The notes under the pieces: generated by a model
The model's input: the letters and a program-made list of their open reading frames with translations, nothing else
What the model was told of the DNA's origin: nothing
Database searches by the model: none
Origin: Hemiscyllium ocellatum
Lineage: Eukaryota
Reading direction: 5' to 3'
Length of the DNA: 64,000 bases
Assembly: GCF_020745735.1 (NCBI RefSeq)
Contig: NW_026867526.1
Location: 62,001 to 126,000, forward strand
Part shown: positions 1 through 14,350 of the stretch, piece by piece
How the letters are laid out: every line of letters begins with the position of its first letter
How positions within the stretch are numbered: the first letter of the stretch is position 1
Translations under genes and position numbers: made by a program

Positions 1-1400
1 CAGTCTTCAAGTGCCGTCTGGTCTTGCCATGTTCAGAAAGGATTCCATTCTGGTAATGATCACCCTTTGGTTTTGAAGACATCAGTTGTATCTGCAGTGT
101 GATATTGTCAGAGATGACTAGATGGGTGTACAGGAATTCTAAAATCAGAACGGATTCTTCCTTTGGTCGAACTCACCATGGTGTACCCACCGTAGGGAGT
201 TGGCTGCAGGCATTAACCACTTGATTGCACGTATGCTGTTCCAACTTGTAATCCCATGCACTCAGAATAAAAGCTCACGTCTGATTTAGACATGAAGCAA
301 AAAGTGGGATGGTCCTGTCTTCATCGGGTAGCCTTAGTAGAGGTTTGTGGTGCATTACTACATCAAACGTATGTAAATGAATGTCTTGGTTGGATGTATT
401 TTCTCACACAAAAGATTATCACCAACCTTTCCTTCTCACTCTGGATGAATTTTCATTTGGCATCAGCCAAAGCCTGGTCAGCATATACCACTGGGCAGTT
501 CTCTCTGCTGACTGTCGGTGAGCCAGCAGTAACTGGAAACTGTGTGGGGAGACTTCACATGTCAGCACCACATCTCACTGGGGAGTAGTCTGTGCAAAAA
601 TTTTAAATGCCGATAGCTGCTTTTTCAATTCCTGAAAGGCTACTTCTTGGTGACTCGGCTACTTGCAAAGTTGGCTCTTTCTCAATAGCAAATCTAAGCT
701 GCCAGTATGAATGCGAGCTCATGACAGAATTTTCCGTAATAATTCACTAAGCCAAGGAAAGTCTAAAGCACTGATACAGATGTGGGAACTGAGGAACCCT
801 TGGATACCCTCATGTTATTGTTGGATGTGCATAGCCCACTGTTGTTGATGCTGACGCTCAATGAGTTCAGTTGGGATGCCTTGGAACCCACCTGCTTTTT
901 TACCTTTCTAAGGATTTGGAGAAACATTAAACACATTTTTATTGATCATCACTGTATCTAGCACATCATTGAGATAAATATCGACCTGCAGTAGACCTTG
1001 TAAAATGTTCTCCCTCATTCCCTGGAACTGTTCACCGCCTGATGATACCCTAAAAGACAGGCAGTCAAGTATATTGTTTCCATCCCTCATGGGTATTAAT
1101 TGGTACATGTTTATGGGAATCCTCACTGAATCACAATGGCACATTCACACAGCTCATTTCCAGCGTCATGACAAACAGTTCCCATGCACTTTTGCGTAAA
1201 ACTCCTCAATGCAATTTACTGGTTATTTATCTGGCTTCAAAAACTGGCTCAACATTTCTTTCAAATTGCCACTAATGCGACTCAACCAATAATGGGTATC
1301 AACAGTACTTTCCTATGGCAAACTACGGTAGTTTGATGATCCCTCAGATCTCCAGGCACATGCCTCTACGTTTGCACACAAGGTGAATGGCACTGGTGGT
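1..1400 (-). mobile_element. Ty3/gypsy (K02A2.6-like) pol remnant: RT, RNase H, start of integrase; frameshifted
   Basis: ORF 908-1144 includes the YLNDVL and QFQGMRENILQGL RT-like motifs. It is collinear with the other pol copies in the array. Confidence 0.8.
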
Positions 1401-1994
1401 GTGGACCTATTCTGTCAAATGGCCTGCCTCCACACTGTAGAAGTTCTGTCAACCCCTGGGACTCTCGGTTCAACAACAATCCACAGGCCCTGCCACTACC
1501 TGTGTAGGTCTCACACTGCAACATTTACCAATATGCAACAATTTGCATTTATCAAAATTAAACTCCAGCTGCCAATCCTCACCAACCATGCATCCCATAT
1601 TCTCACCCAAATCCTTTACATAACTGACAAACGGCATTCGACCCAGCACCGATTCCTGCAGTCATCACAGGCTTCCAATCTGATAAACAACCATCACTGC
1701 CTGCATCAGACACTCCCAGAACAGGCACAAGACCGTGACATATGCTCTGCTCTTTCAAAAAGAACCTAAAGCGACTAGTTGGACAAAAAAGACACTATTA
1801 TTCTGTAGAAAGACATAATCAAAACCTGGTTCTGCTGGACTCTGTACCCACCAATCACTCAGGGGCAGGGTCTACAAGGGGTAACATAAAAACAAACTCA
1901 AACATATCATAGAAAACAAACAATAAATAAACAGCTCTGATGAGAAGTCATCAAGATTCAAAATCTTAGCTTGCTCTCTCTCATGGATGTTGTG

Positions 1995-2650
1995 AGGTAG
2001 ATTCAGAGCAGTTTTGTGGTGAAGACACAGCAACGCTCGACACCGAGTTAAAGGGGGAATGGATGGATGTTGAGGCCGCTTGTTATTACGGTGATTTGCA
2101 CGTTGTTGTGGATCAGGTGACATATGGTTACAAACTTCATGCTGCATCGAAAGTGGAGAGGAATGCTGTACAAGTGCTTTCTGACTGATGGTGTCAAAGG
2201 CCTTTGTAAGGTTGAAGAAGGCCCTACACAGTCATGCTTAATGTGCCCATCTGAGGCCGAAAGTCACACTGAAACTGCAGAGGGAGTTCATCAGCCATAA
2301 GGAAGAGACAGTTGAAAAGTACCTTGGTGATGAATTGCCCAGTGGTCAACATCAGGGACATTGTCCTGAATGTACCACAGTCTGACATGTTCCATTATTT
2401 GAAAATACTCCTGACTTTGGCATCTGGGAGCTCTCCTGGGATGCTCTCCTCCTTCCAGAGAAGGCAGACAAGGATATTCAGCTGCACTGGAAGCTCGGTG
2501 CCTCCGCAGTTCGAGGCTTGAGAGGGAATACCATTTGCAACTGCAGCCCTGTTCTCGAGCTGGAGGACCACTTTCTCTATTTGATCCAAGGCTTAGATAT
2601 TGCTGAACTCCATGCATGTAACATGTTATGGCATGCACTCCAAAATTCTC
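1995..2650 (-). mobile_element. RTE-clade LINE reverse-transcriptase fragment (array component)
   Basis: LLWKEESIPGELPDAKVRSIFK (ORF 2395-2589) matches the RTE pre-RT motif W..E.IP.EL.DA.I..IFK. Confidence 0.75.
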
Positions 2651-2829
2651 CATGGGCAAAGTACATGACACTGACCTAGCCTTCATAGAGACAGCTCCTC
2701 AAGTGAGCAGATCGCCGACACATCTGCCAGTCAGGTCTCCCTGATTAGACCAGGTGAACAGCCTCAACCTGGAAATATATATTCAATGAGGTCCACTCAT
2801 TGACTGGGTCCCAGTCATTACTTCCATCC

Positions 2830-5350
2830 CCATCTAATTCCTGGGACAAAGGCCCATTCTCTTTCCTGCAACATATCATGAAACATTTTCCCATGAGGTC
2901 CACTTCTTCGGACTCGGGGGTGCATTCCGCCGCCTTGGGCTGGACTGTGGCCCACTTCTTGCATCTCAGAAGAAATGTATCTTCTTCTACAGGTGGTAAT
3001 GGCGTCAATGCTGCAACATCTGCCACGTCCATCTCACTCTCAGAGGAATCTTCCACACTGAGTGGAGGAGGGGGAGAACCCACAGGTACGGACATCCTTG
3101 CTGAATGTTGTGAGGGGCTGGGATGTTGTGCTCCTGACCACGTCTTGAGGTTGCAGCAATCATGTGATCCTCAAAATTGTTCAGGACTTCTTGTGTGACA
3201 TAAGCATTGTACATCTTGTGACCTGACTTCATTTTGAACACATTCAGGGCCATTCCCACCGATTCAACAGCACATTTTGTGCCATGAAATAAACTGCCTC
3301 ACACAAAGAGGGGTTTTGTGACTGGCATTGGCCTTCCTGGTGCCGTGTCACTCTCCCCACAACATCCGAGAAGATCCAATTTAACTTGGAGGCTTCTTCA
3401 CATTAGCAATTCTGGTGGCGTTGTCACTGCAGTTGTGTGAGCGGTGTTTCTATAATTAGAGAGAAAGTGGGACAGTTTGACATCCAGTGAAGTTGTCGGC
3501 TGTTTACTTAACTTTGCCCTCAATGTTTGGACTGTACTTTCCACCATACAATCAGACAACACATGCAGTTGTCACTACATGCGAATGCCATTCGATTTTA
3601 GGCAATACACTAAACTACCTGCTGGCAAACGAATACCCTTTATCTGTGACCGACATCCTTAAAGTACAGATCCCACAAAATGGACTGGCACATTCGACGT
3701 GTAACTGAGCTAAGGTTCTACCTGGTCAGTGCCATGAAAATGAGGCACTGCTGGTGACAATTTCTGTCCTTCTTGGCATTGTGGATACTGCCCCACCAAC
3801 ATGGCTGCATCGGCATCCAATTCTGGCTATCAGACATAACCTCTCACCAACATCTTCATTTTGGAAATCATAGAATGAGTCTGGTGGAGTTTAGCTGGTA
3901 TCTGACAATGACCTTTGTCTGTAACAAACACGTTTGCTCCCCACATAAGCGTGCCATCTTCAACAGTCATCTGGTCTTGCCAGCTCCAGAAAGAATTCCA
4001 TCCTGGTTGTGATGATCGTCATCAGTTTCGAACACCACCAGTGGTTCTTGTTTCATTAGGACAGGAAATTCTTGTATCTACAGTGTGATATTGTCAGAGG
4101 TGAGCAGAAAGAATGCAGAACGGTTAAAACTAAAATGAACTCTTCCTTTGGTGGCACGCGCCATGGTGACTTCAGGCATTAACCAGGTGACTGCAGATAT
4201 GGGGTTCCTAGTTGTAAATCCATGCACTCAGAATAAGAGCTCACTTCTGAACTTAACCTCAAGCTGGAAGTGGGATAGCCCTGCCTTCTTCAGGTAGCTC
4301 GAGCAGGGTTTTGTGATGCATTACTACATCAAAGATATGTGCGGGAACCTATTGGTTGAACTTTATCACTCAAAAGGTTACTGCCAAACATTCCATCTCC
4401 ATCTGGATGCATTTTCATTCAGCATCAGCCAAACTCTGGGAAGCAAGTACGACCAGGCAATCCCTTCTGTCGGTGAGCTAGCAGTAACTGGATACCAGAT
4501 GGTGATGCTTTGTACGTCAGTGCCACATCTGACTGGAGATCATTCGCTGCCAAGGCATTAAATGATGATAGCTGCTTTTTCAATTCCCATACGGGTTCTT
4601 CTTGGCGATGTGAATATTTGCAAAGCAGGCCCTTCTCAATAGCAAATCTCAGCTGCCAAAATGGAGGCCAGGTGATTACACAATTTTCTCCGTAATAATT
4701 CACCAACCCAAGGAAAGACTGAAGCTCCAATGCAGACGGAGGAGCCGATGAACCCTTGGTTGCCCTTGCTTTATCTTTCAATCTGTCTTACCCACTTGTC
4801 CATGCAGTAGCTCAATTACGTCACTTCGGGTGCCTTGGAACACATTTTCTTCCTTCCTAAAGGTCTTGGATAAACATAAAATGATCTTTATTGATCTTCC
4901 CTGTGATTAGCAATTCTTCATAGAAATAGGGACCATGGGTAGACCTTGTAAACAGTTCTTGGCCATTCACTGGAACGATTCATTGGCTGATGATATCCTT
5001 AAGCAAATGCAGTCAAATACAATGGTTACACCCTTTATGGGTATGAGCTGTAGCATATTTATGGGAATCCTCATTGAAGCATAATGCTACATTCATATGA
5101 CACATATCCAGCTTTGTAAAGGACAAGGCATCTGCGGGTTTCCAGACAAGTCCTCAATGTGATGCATCAGTTATATACCTGGCTTCAAAAATTCCCTCAT
5201 CAAATCTTTAAAATCTCCACATAGGCAAATTGACACATAATGGGTTCGAACAGCACTGCACATAGGGCACACTGCAGTGGTTTGATCATCGTTAGCTTTC
5301 CAGGCTCTTGATGTGTGCCTCTACTTTTGCACGTAAGGGAAATGAGACTG
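2830..5350 (-). mobile_element. Ty3/gypsy pol remnant (RT-RNH-integrase), degenerate
   Basis: Minus-strand fragments include LQSFLGLVNYYG (RT/RNH connection, ORF 4425-4781) and YVKILKI/ANLPM near the RT N-terminus. No gag, protease or LTR was recognised. Confidence 0.8.
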
Positions 5351-6219
5351 ATAGTGTGGGTCTGTTGTGCCAAATGGCCTACTTCCACACTGTAGAGGTT
5401 TTGTCAACCCTCGGGTTCTCTTTTCGACAACACTCTACAGGCCATTCCAAATGTGGTCTTGGCTTGTTCCTCGTACCAAAATGCACCATTTTGCATGTAT
5501 CAAAATTATACTCTGCCTAACACTCCTTACAAACCATGCGCCCTATTTTCTCAACCAAATCCTTTACATAAATGACAAACGGCATTGGACACATCACCAA
5601 TTCATATATTCATCACAAGCCTCCAGTCTGATAACCAACACCCAGTCTGTGCAACACACTCATCCAAATAGGCATAGTACTCTACTCTTCCAAAACAGAA
5701 ACACAAGCTGCTCTCACTTTATAAAACAAAAAACACACTTTTCCTTGAGGGAAAAGCAGAAGGATATAAACAATTAAAAATTGGCTCTCCCTGTGTCCAC
5801 CAACCACTCCTGGGCATGGGTCACACAGTGTCAAAATAAAATAAAGTCAAGGTTGTCAAATAAAACAAACAACAAATGAACAGCTCAAATGCACGGTCAT
5901 CTTAACACAAAATCTTAGCTTGCTCTCTCTCATGGATTTTCTCTGACCTGCTGTAATCTCCAGCATTTGTTCATTTCAACAAAGATTATGTTAAAAATCA
6001 CATTATGTTAAAATTATGTTATGTTAAAAATTATGTTAAAAATGCTCTGTCGATGTTGAACATTCCTACGGAGGATATCTGGGAATGGTTAAAAATCCAG
6101 AGGAAGGACACCTGCTCATTTCAACTAAAAACAATGTACTGCTTACACTGACTACCATCAACGGTTTCTGGTTAGCGACATTGCAGGACTTCAATACAAG
6201 CCCCCTCGGTCTAAAAGTG

Positions 6220-6800
6220 GGCAGCTTATCTGAGGTGAGGTCCTGCAGTGAGGTAGATTCAGAGCTGTTTTGTGGTGATGACATCACCCTACTCCACACT
6301 GGGTCAGAGGCAGAATGGGTCAGTGTTGAAACCATTTATCTTTAAAATGACTCACACATCGTTCTGGACCAGGTGAGGGATGGTGACAAGTTTCATGATG
6401 CAACTAAATCAGAGAAGAATGCTCCACATATGCTTCCTGTTTGATGATGTCAAAGGTCTTTGAAAGTTCTAAGAGCACCGTATATAACAGTAAAAATCAT
6501 GTCCTTTGTTCCCGTCTGGCGCTGAAGAACACAGAAATTCCAGGATGGGTTCCTAAGGCACAGGCAGGAGAGAGTTGGCAAGGACCTTGGTGATACGTTT
6601 TCCAATGGACGACATCAGGGAGATTTTGCTGTAGTTAGCACAGTCTCACACGTTCTGTTGTGAAGACACTCTCAACTGTGGCATCTGGGAGCTCTCCAGG
6701 GATGCTCTCCTCCTTCCAGGTAAGGCAGACAAGGGCATGCAGCTGCATTGGGAGCTCAGTGCCCATCCACCTCAATGCCTCAGGGGGAATACCTATTGCA
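6220..6800 (-). mobile_element. RTE-clade LINE fragment (array component)
   Basis: Homologous by eye to 1995-2520 and 13650-14230. Confidence 0.65.
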
Positions 6801-7149
6801 CCTGTAGCCTCATAAAAAGAAACTCAAATCAATTAAGGAAAACAAACAATAAATGAACAGCTCTGATGAGGAGTCATCTCAACTCTATATCCTAGCTTGC
6901 TCTCTCTCATGGATGCTGTCTGACCTGTAGTAATATCTAGCATTTGGTTTTTTCAAAGAATAAACCCTCTCTGTTATGTCGCTATTGAACACTCCTGGGA
7001 AAAGAACAACAATGGGTTGCAATCCAGAGGAAGTACACCTGCTCATTTCAACTGAAAATAATTTATCACTCACACTGAACCCCATCAAGTGTTTTTGGGA
7101 CAACAACAGTGCAGGACTAAAACAAAAGCCCCCTTGGAGTAAATGTGGG

Positions 7150-7810
7150 CAGCTTGTCGGTGGAGTGGTCCTGCAGCAACTTAGGTTCAGGAGTGTTGTG
7201 GTGATGACACAGCCCTGCTCGCCACCAGTTCAAAGGGGCAAAGGGCAGGGGTTGAAGCCATTTGTCACAATGATGACATCTGTCATTGTGGACCAGGAGA
7301 AGGGTGGTGACAAATGTCATGCTGTAACTAAAGTGGTGAAGAACACTTCAAAAATGCTTCCTGATTGATGGTGTCAAATGCCTTTGTAAGGTCGAAGAAT
7401 GCAATATGCTGCAGTGAAAATCATGTCCCTTCTGGTCCTCTGTGACAGAAAGCCAGACTGAGTCTCCAGGAGGAGGTCCTCAGGCACTAGAATGAGAGAG
7501 TTGTACAGGACCTGGGCGATGAGTTTTCCAATGCTCGACATTGAGGATATTCTCCTGGAGTTACCACACTCTGACGTGTTCCGTTTTTTGATAACACTCA
7601 CAACTGTGGCATCTGGGAACACTCCTGGGATATTCTCCTCCTTCCAGGTAAGGCAGACAAGGGCATGCAGCTACACGGGGAGCTCAGTATCTCCGCACTC
7701 AGGGGGAGTACCACTTGCACCCGCAGTCTCATTCTTAAGATGGAGGACAGTCTTCTTTGTCTCTTCTAAGGCTTGGTTACTGCTGAGGTCCTTGCATGCA
7801 ACATGCTGCG
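7150..7810 (-). mobile_element. RTE-clade LINE fragment (array component)
   Basis: ECGNSRRISSMSSIGKLIAQVLYNSL...LLLETQSGFLSQRTRRDMIFTAA (ORF 7374-7622) matches the RTE consensus CGNYRGISLLS.GK..AR.LLNRL...LPE.QCGFR..RGT.DMIF. Confidence 0.8.
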
Positions 7811-8366
7811 GGATGCACGTCAACAATTTACATGTACATAGGACATGACACTGACCTAGCCTTCGCACAGATGTCTCCTCGAGTGAGCAGAACCCCTGAC
7901 ACACCTGCCAGTCAGGTCTCCCTGCTTGGACCAGGTGAAGTGCCCCAACCAGGGGAATTATATTTACTGAGGTTCACTGGGTGACTACGTTCCAATCACT
8001 ACCTCCATCCACCTCTCAGCCCTGGGACATGGTCCCATTCTCTTTCCTGTCACTTTCCTGAGTCATTTTCCCACTCGGTCCACTTCCTTGGACTCTGGCT
8101 TGACCAATGGTGCCATGTGCTGTACTGTAGCCAACTTCTTGGGTCTCAGAAAAGATTTACCTTCTTCTGCTGGTGGGTAAAGGTATCAAGGCTGAGACAT
8201 CTGCCATCTGTCCATCTCGCCCTCAGAAGTTTCTTCCACGCAGGGCGGACTGGGAGAACCCACAGGTTCGGACAGCCGTGCCAGATGCTCTGAGGGGCTG
8301 GGTATGTTTTGAGACTGGCTACTTGAGAATTTGCAGCTGTCATGTTATCTGCACGTTTGTTCAGGA

Positions 8367-9290
8367 CATAGAACAGAGACCATTAGAGCGCAGCACAGGT
8401 CCTTCAACCCTCGATGTTGCGATGACTTGTGGAACCAATCGGAAACCCATCTATCCTGCACAATTTCGTTTTCATCCATAGTTTATCCAATGATCATTTA
8501 AATTCCCATAAATTTGGTGAGTCTACAACAGTTGCAGGCAGGGCATTCCATACCCATACACCTCTCTGAGTAAAGAAACTACCTCTGACAACTGTCCTGT
8601 ATCAATCACTCCTCGATTTAAAGTTGTGTCTCCTCATGCGAGCCATCACCATCCGTTGAAAAAGACTCTCACTCTCCACCCTGAATCCTCTGATTACCTC
8701 AGATATTTCAATTAAGTCACCTCTCAACCTTCTTCTCTCGAATGAAAACAGCCTCAAGTCCCTCAGCCTTTCTTCAAAAGAACTTCCCTTCATACCAGAC
8801 AACATCCTAATAAATCGCCTCTGAACCCTTTCCAAACAGTCTGCATCCTTCCTATAATGCAGTGATCAGAAAAGCACACAATACTCGAAGAGTGGCCACA
8901 CCAGAGTTTTCTACAGCTGCAACATGACCTCATGGCTCAGAAACTCAATACCTCTACCAAGAAAAGCTAACATCGTATGCTTTCTTGACAGGCCTACCAA
9001 CCTGGGTGGGAAATTTCAGGGATCGATGTACTTGGTCACCAAGACATTCTACCAACTCCGAGGTCTCTCTGTTTGACAACACTCCACAAGCCCTACTATG
9101 AACTGTGTAAGTCTTGTCCTGTCCCTTTTACCTGAATGCACCACATTGCATTTATTAAAATTAAACTCTACCTGCCACTTCTCACAAACCATGCACCCTA
9201 TATTCTCATCCAAATCCTTCACATATATGACAAACGGCATTGGACACATCACCGATTCCTGTATTTATCACAAGCCTCCAGTCTGAAAAA
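8367..9290 (-). mobile_element. CR1 LINE 3' fragment. It is the long form of the internally deleted CR1 piece that recurs in most array units (about 1540, 5470, 12950, 17155, 18725, 23700)
   Basis: ERVQRRFIRMLSGMKGSSFEERLRDLRLFSFERRRLRGDLIE (ORF 8602-8835). FVIYVKDLDENIGCMVCEKWQVEFNFNKC shows a deletion spanning the FADD motif that the other copies share. Confidence 0.85.
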
Positions 9291-10319
9291 CAACATCCAT
9301 TATGTGCAACAGATTCTGTCCAAATACGCATCGTACCAGCACATACACTCTGCTCTTCCAAAACAGAAACAAAAGCTGCTTTCACTTTGTAAAACAAAAA
9401 AAAAGACACTGTTCCTCTCGGGAAAGACAGAAGGAAATAAACAATCGAAAATTGGCTCTCGCTGTGCCAACCAATCACTCGTGGGCATGGGCCAAACAGC
9501 ACCAAAATAAAAACAAAGTCAAGGTCATCAAATAAAAGACAACAAAAGAACAGCTCGGATGCGTGGTCTTCTCGTCACAAAATCTTAGTTTGCTCTCTCT
9601 CATGGATTATGTCTGACCCACTATGATCTCCAGCATTTGTTCATTTCAATGAAAATTTTTTTAAAAATCTGCTCTGCTTTGTTGAGATTGAACACTCCTG
9701 AGAAAGGAATCTGGGAATGGTTAAAAATCCCGAAGAAGGATTCCTGTTCATTTCAACCAAAAACAACTTACCGCTCACACTGATCCCCATCAAGGGTTTC
9801 TGGGATAGTGACATTGCAGGACTTCAATACGAGCCCCCTTGGCCTACAATTGGGCAGCTTCTCTGCGGTGAGGTCCTGCAGTGAGGTAGATTCAGAGCGG
9901 TTTTGTTGTAATGACATAGCCCCGCTCGACACGAGTTCAGAGGCAGAATGGGTCAGTGTTCAAGCTGTTTGTCATTAAGATGATCTACACATCGTTCCAG
10001 ATCTGGTGAGGGATGGCGGTGCACCTCTTGCATCTCAGAAAATGGTTACCTTTCTATAATCAAAGAGAAAGCGGGACAGTTTGGTATCCAGTGAAGTTGT
10101 CAGCTCTTTTCTTAACTTTGCCCTCAATATTTGGACTGTTCTTTCCGCCAGATAATTGGACAACGCATGCAGAGACTGCTCCTCAAATGAGCAGAACCCC
10201 TGACACAACTGCCAGTCAGATCTCCCTGCTTAGACCAGGTGAACAGCCTCAACCTGGAAAATTATGTTCAATGAGGTTCACTCGCTGACTACGTTCCAGT
10301 CATCAATTCCGTCTCGAAC

Positions 10320-12830
10320 TAATTCCTCCTTCTTGCACCATCTCTTAAGCCATTTTCCAACTAGTTCCACTTCCTCGGACTCCGGGCTGCATTCTGTCAC
10401 CATGTGCTGGACTGTGGCCCACCTCTTGTGTGTCAGAAGAAACTCATCTTCTTCTGTAGGTGGTCATGGTGTCAATGCTGCCACATCTGCCATGTCCATC
10501 TCACCCTCAGATGTTTCTTCCACACTGGGTGAAGGAGGAGAACCATCGGGTTCAGAGACCCTTGCTGAATGCTGTGAGGGGCTGGGTATGTTTTGCTCGT
10601 GACCACATCTTGAGGGTGCAGCAAACATGTGATCCTCACATTTATTCAGAACTTCTTGTGCGACCAAAACATTGTACATTTTGCGACCTGTCCTCACTTT
10701 GAACATATTTTTTACTCATTCAGTGTCATTCCCACAGTTTCAACAGCACGTTTTGTCCCATGAAGCAAACTTCTCACTCACAAAGAGGGGTTTTGTGGCC
10801 AGCATTGGCCTTCCTGATGGCGTTTCACCCTCCCCACAACGTCCGAGAAGATCCGATTTAGTCTGGAGTCTTCTTCGCATCAGCAATTCTGGTGGCGTTG
10901 TCACTGTAGTTGTGTGAGCGGTGTTTCTATGATCAAAGATAAAGAGGGACAGTTTGGTATCCAGTGAAGTTGTCAGCTGTTTTCTTTCCTTTGCCTTCAA
11001 TGTTTGGACTGTTCTTTTTGCCAGACAATTGGACAACAGATGCAGCTGTCACTACATGCCCAATGTCATTCGATTTTAGCCAATACTCAAAACTGCCTGC
11101 TGGCAAATGAATGCCCTTTACCTGTGCCCAACATCGTTACAAGTACAGATCCCACAAAACAGACTGACACAGTCAACGTGTAACTGAGCTAAGGTTCTAC
11201 CTGGTCAGTGCCATGAAAATGAGGCACTGCTGGTGACAATTTCTGTCTTTCTTGGCATTGTGGATACTGCCCCACCAACATGGCTGCATCGGCATCCAAT
11301 TCTGGCTATCAGACATAACGTCTCACCACCATCTTCATTTTGGAAATCATAGGATGAGCCTGGTGGAGTTTAGCTGGTATCTGACAATGACCTTTGTTTG
11401 TGACAAACACGTTTGCTCCCCATATTAGTCTGCCATCTTCAATGGTCATCTGCTCTTGCCATCTCCAGAAAGAATTCCATCCTGCTTGTGATGACCCTTT
11501 CGTTTTGAACACCACCTGTGATTTTTGCTCAGCAAGGATGGGAAATTCTTATATCTACAGTGTGACATTGTCAGAAATGACTAGAAGGGAAGCAGAAAGT
11601 TTAAAACTAAAATCGACTCTTCCTTTGGTGGAAAACGTCATGGTGACTTCAGGCATTAACCAGGTGACTGCAGGGATGGTGTTCCAATTTGTAAATCCAT
11701 GCACTCACAATAAGAGCTCACTTCTGAACTTAACCTGAATCTGCAAGTGGGATAGCCTTGCCTTCTTCAGGAAGCTCTAGCAGGGTTTTGTGGTCCATTA
11801 CTACATTAAAAATTTGTGTAGAAACTTTTGATTGAACTTGGTCACACAAAAGCTTACTGCCAAACATTCCATCTCCATCTGGACGCATTTTCATTCGGCA
11901 TCAGCTGAGAAGCACATACAGTGAGGCGGTTGTATTTGTTGGTGAGTCAGCAGTAACCATACACCAGATGGTGAGGCTTCCCATGTCAGTGCCACATCTC
12001 ACTGGAGATCACTCTGTGCCAAGACATTAAACAATGATAGCTACTTTTTCAATACCAATAAGAGTTCTTCTTGGGGACACGAGTATTTGCAAAGCTGGCC
12101 CTTTCTGAATATCACATCCTAGCTGCCAAAATGGAGGCCTGTTGATGACAGAATATTCCATAATAATTCACCAACCCAAGGAAAGACTGAATCTGCGATG
12201 CAGACATGGGAGCCAGTGAACCCTTGGTTGCACTTGCTTTCCCTTTCAATGTGTGTAACCCACACGTCCATGCTGAAGCTCAAGAAGGTCACTTGGGGGT
12301 GCCTTGGAACATATTTCTTTCCTTCCTAAGTTCTTGTTCAAACATTAAATAATATTTATTGATCTTCCTAGTGATGAGCAAACTTTCAGATAGATAGGGA
12401 CCATGGGTAGACCTTGTAACTGATCTCCGCCATTCACTCGAACGATTTACCGGCTGATGATATCCCCAAAGAAAGGCAGTCAAGTACAGTGGTTCCACCC
12501 TTTATAGGTATTGATTGTAGCATATTTGTGGGAATCCTTACTGAAGCTCAATGCCACGTTCATCTGGCCCATATCCAGTTTGGTCAAGGACAGGGCACCT
12601 GCAGTTTTGCAGACAAGTCCTCAATGTGATGGATTGGTGATATACCGGGCTTCAAAAATTAGCTCATCAATTCTTTAAATCTCCACGCAGGCGAACTGAC
12701 ACATAATGGATTCGAGTAGCACTGTACATAGGGCACACTGTAGTGGTTTGGTCATCGCTTAGCTTTCTAGGCTATTGATTTGTGCCTCTACTTTTGCACA
12801 TAAGGGAAATGGGACTGATACTCTGGGCCT
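10320..12830 (-). mobile_element. Ty3/gypsy pol remnant (RT-RNH-integrase), degenerate
   Basis: SNCLAKRTVQTLK...YRNTAHTTT...PPELLMRRRLQTK is the integrase core end (ORF 10740-11036). LHQAHPMISKMKMVVRRYV is the integrase H2C2 zinc-finger region (ORF 11309-11515). Confidence 0.85.
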
Positions 12831-13649
12831 GTTGTGCAAAATAGCCTACTTCCGCACTGTAGAGGTTCTGTCAACTCCTAGGACTCTCTGTTTGTCATCA
12901 CTCCACGGGCCCTTCCAAAAGTGGTCTTGCCCTGTTACTCTTACCAAAATGCAACATTTTGCAAGTATCTCTCCCGGCCAATCCTAACAAACCATGCATC
13001 CTAAATTCTCATTCAAATCCTTTACATATATGACAAATGGCATGGACACATCACCAATTGCTATATTCATCATGATCCTCCAGTCTGAAAAACAACACCA
13101 GACAGATACTGCCCGAACAGGCATCACACCAGGACATACACTCTACTCTCCCAAAACATAAGCAAACTCCGCTTTCACTTTGTAAAACAAAAAAGACTGT
13201 TTTTGTCTCTCTATTCTGTTCCTCCAGAGAAAGACAGAAGGAAATAAACAATCAAACATTGCCTCTCCTGGATTCAGTGCCCAACAACCACTCGTGGGCA
13301 TGGGCCACACGGCGCCAAAATAAAAATAAACTCAAGGAAGAAAAAGAAAACAAACAACAAATGAACAGCTCAGATGCGGTGCCATCTCGACACAAAGTCT
13401 TAATTTGCTCTCTTTCATGGATCATGTCTGACCCACTGTGATCTCCAGAATTTGTTCCTTTCTACTAGGTAAATCAATTCGCTCTGCTCTGTCATGATTG
13501 AACACTCCTGGAAAGAAACAACAATGGTTTGAAATCCAGAGAAAGTACACATGCTCATTTCAATTGAAAATAACTTACCACTCACAATGACACCCATCAA
13601 GGGTTTCTGGGACAGCGACATTGCAGGACTTCAATACACCCGCCTTGAC

Positions 13650-14350
13650 TCAAGTGGGCAGCTTATCTGTGATGAGGTCATGCTGCGAGGCAGCTTCTTA
13701 GCAGTTTGTGGTGATGACACAGCCCTGCTGGGCACTGGGTAAAAGCGGGAATGGACGGGTACTGAGGCTGTTTGTTATTACAGTGACTTGCATGTTGTTG
13801 TGGATCAGGTGACGGATGGTGACAAACTTCATCATGCATCGAAAGCAGAGAAGAATGCATCCCAAGTGCTTTCTGATTGATGGTACCAAAGGCCTTTGTA
13901 AGGTCCAAGAAGGCCATTTACAATCGTGAAAATTATGCACAATGTGCACCTCTGTGGCTGAAGGTCACACTCAAACTTCGGACGTAGTTCATCAGCCATA
14001 AGGAGGAGACAGTTGAAAAGGACCTTGGTGATGAATTGTCCAGGGGTCAACATCAGGGACACTCCCCTGTCCGTACCACAGTTTGACATGTTCCATTGTT
14101 TGAAAATTTTCCTGACTTTGGCATATGGCAGCTCTCCTGGGATGCTCTCCTCCTTCCAGAGAAGGCAGACAAGGATATTCAGCTGCACTGGAAGCACAGT
14201 GCCTCTGCAGTTCTATGCTTGAGGGGGACTACCATTTGCAACTGCAGCCTTGTTCTTCAGCTGAAGGACCGCATCCTCTGTTTCGACCAAGGTTTAAGTA
14301 TTCCTAAACTCAGTGCATGTAATATGCTGTGGCATGCACTCCAACATTTT
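13650..14350 (-). mobile_element. RTE-clade LINE fragment (array component)
   Basis: MAFLDLTKAFGTI (ORF 13678-13917), AQQGCVI, and WKEESIPGELPYAKV (ORF 13832-14197). Confidence 0.8.

Noticed and set aside
5824-5865. CACAGTG heptamer as a recombination signal sequence
   Set aside because: No nonamer at a 12-bp or 22/23-bp spacing, and no V, D or J segment was recognised in the window.
5983-6041. (TTATGTTAAAAA)-like short tandem repeat
   Set aside because: Copy-specific slippage expansion of an A/T run present in the other units; no sign of function.
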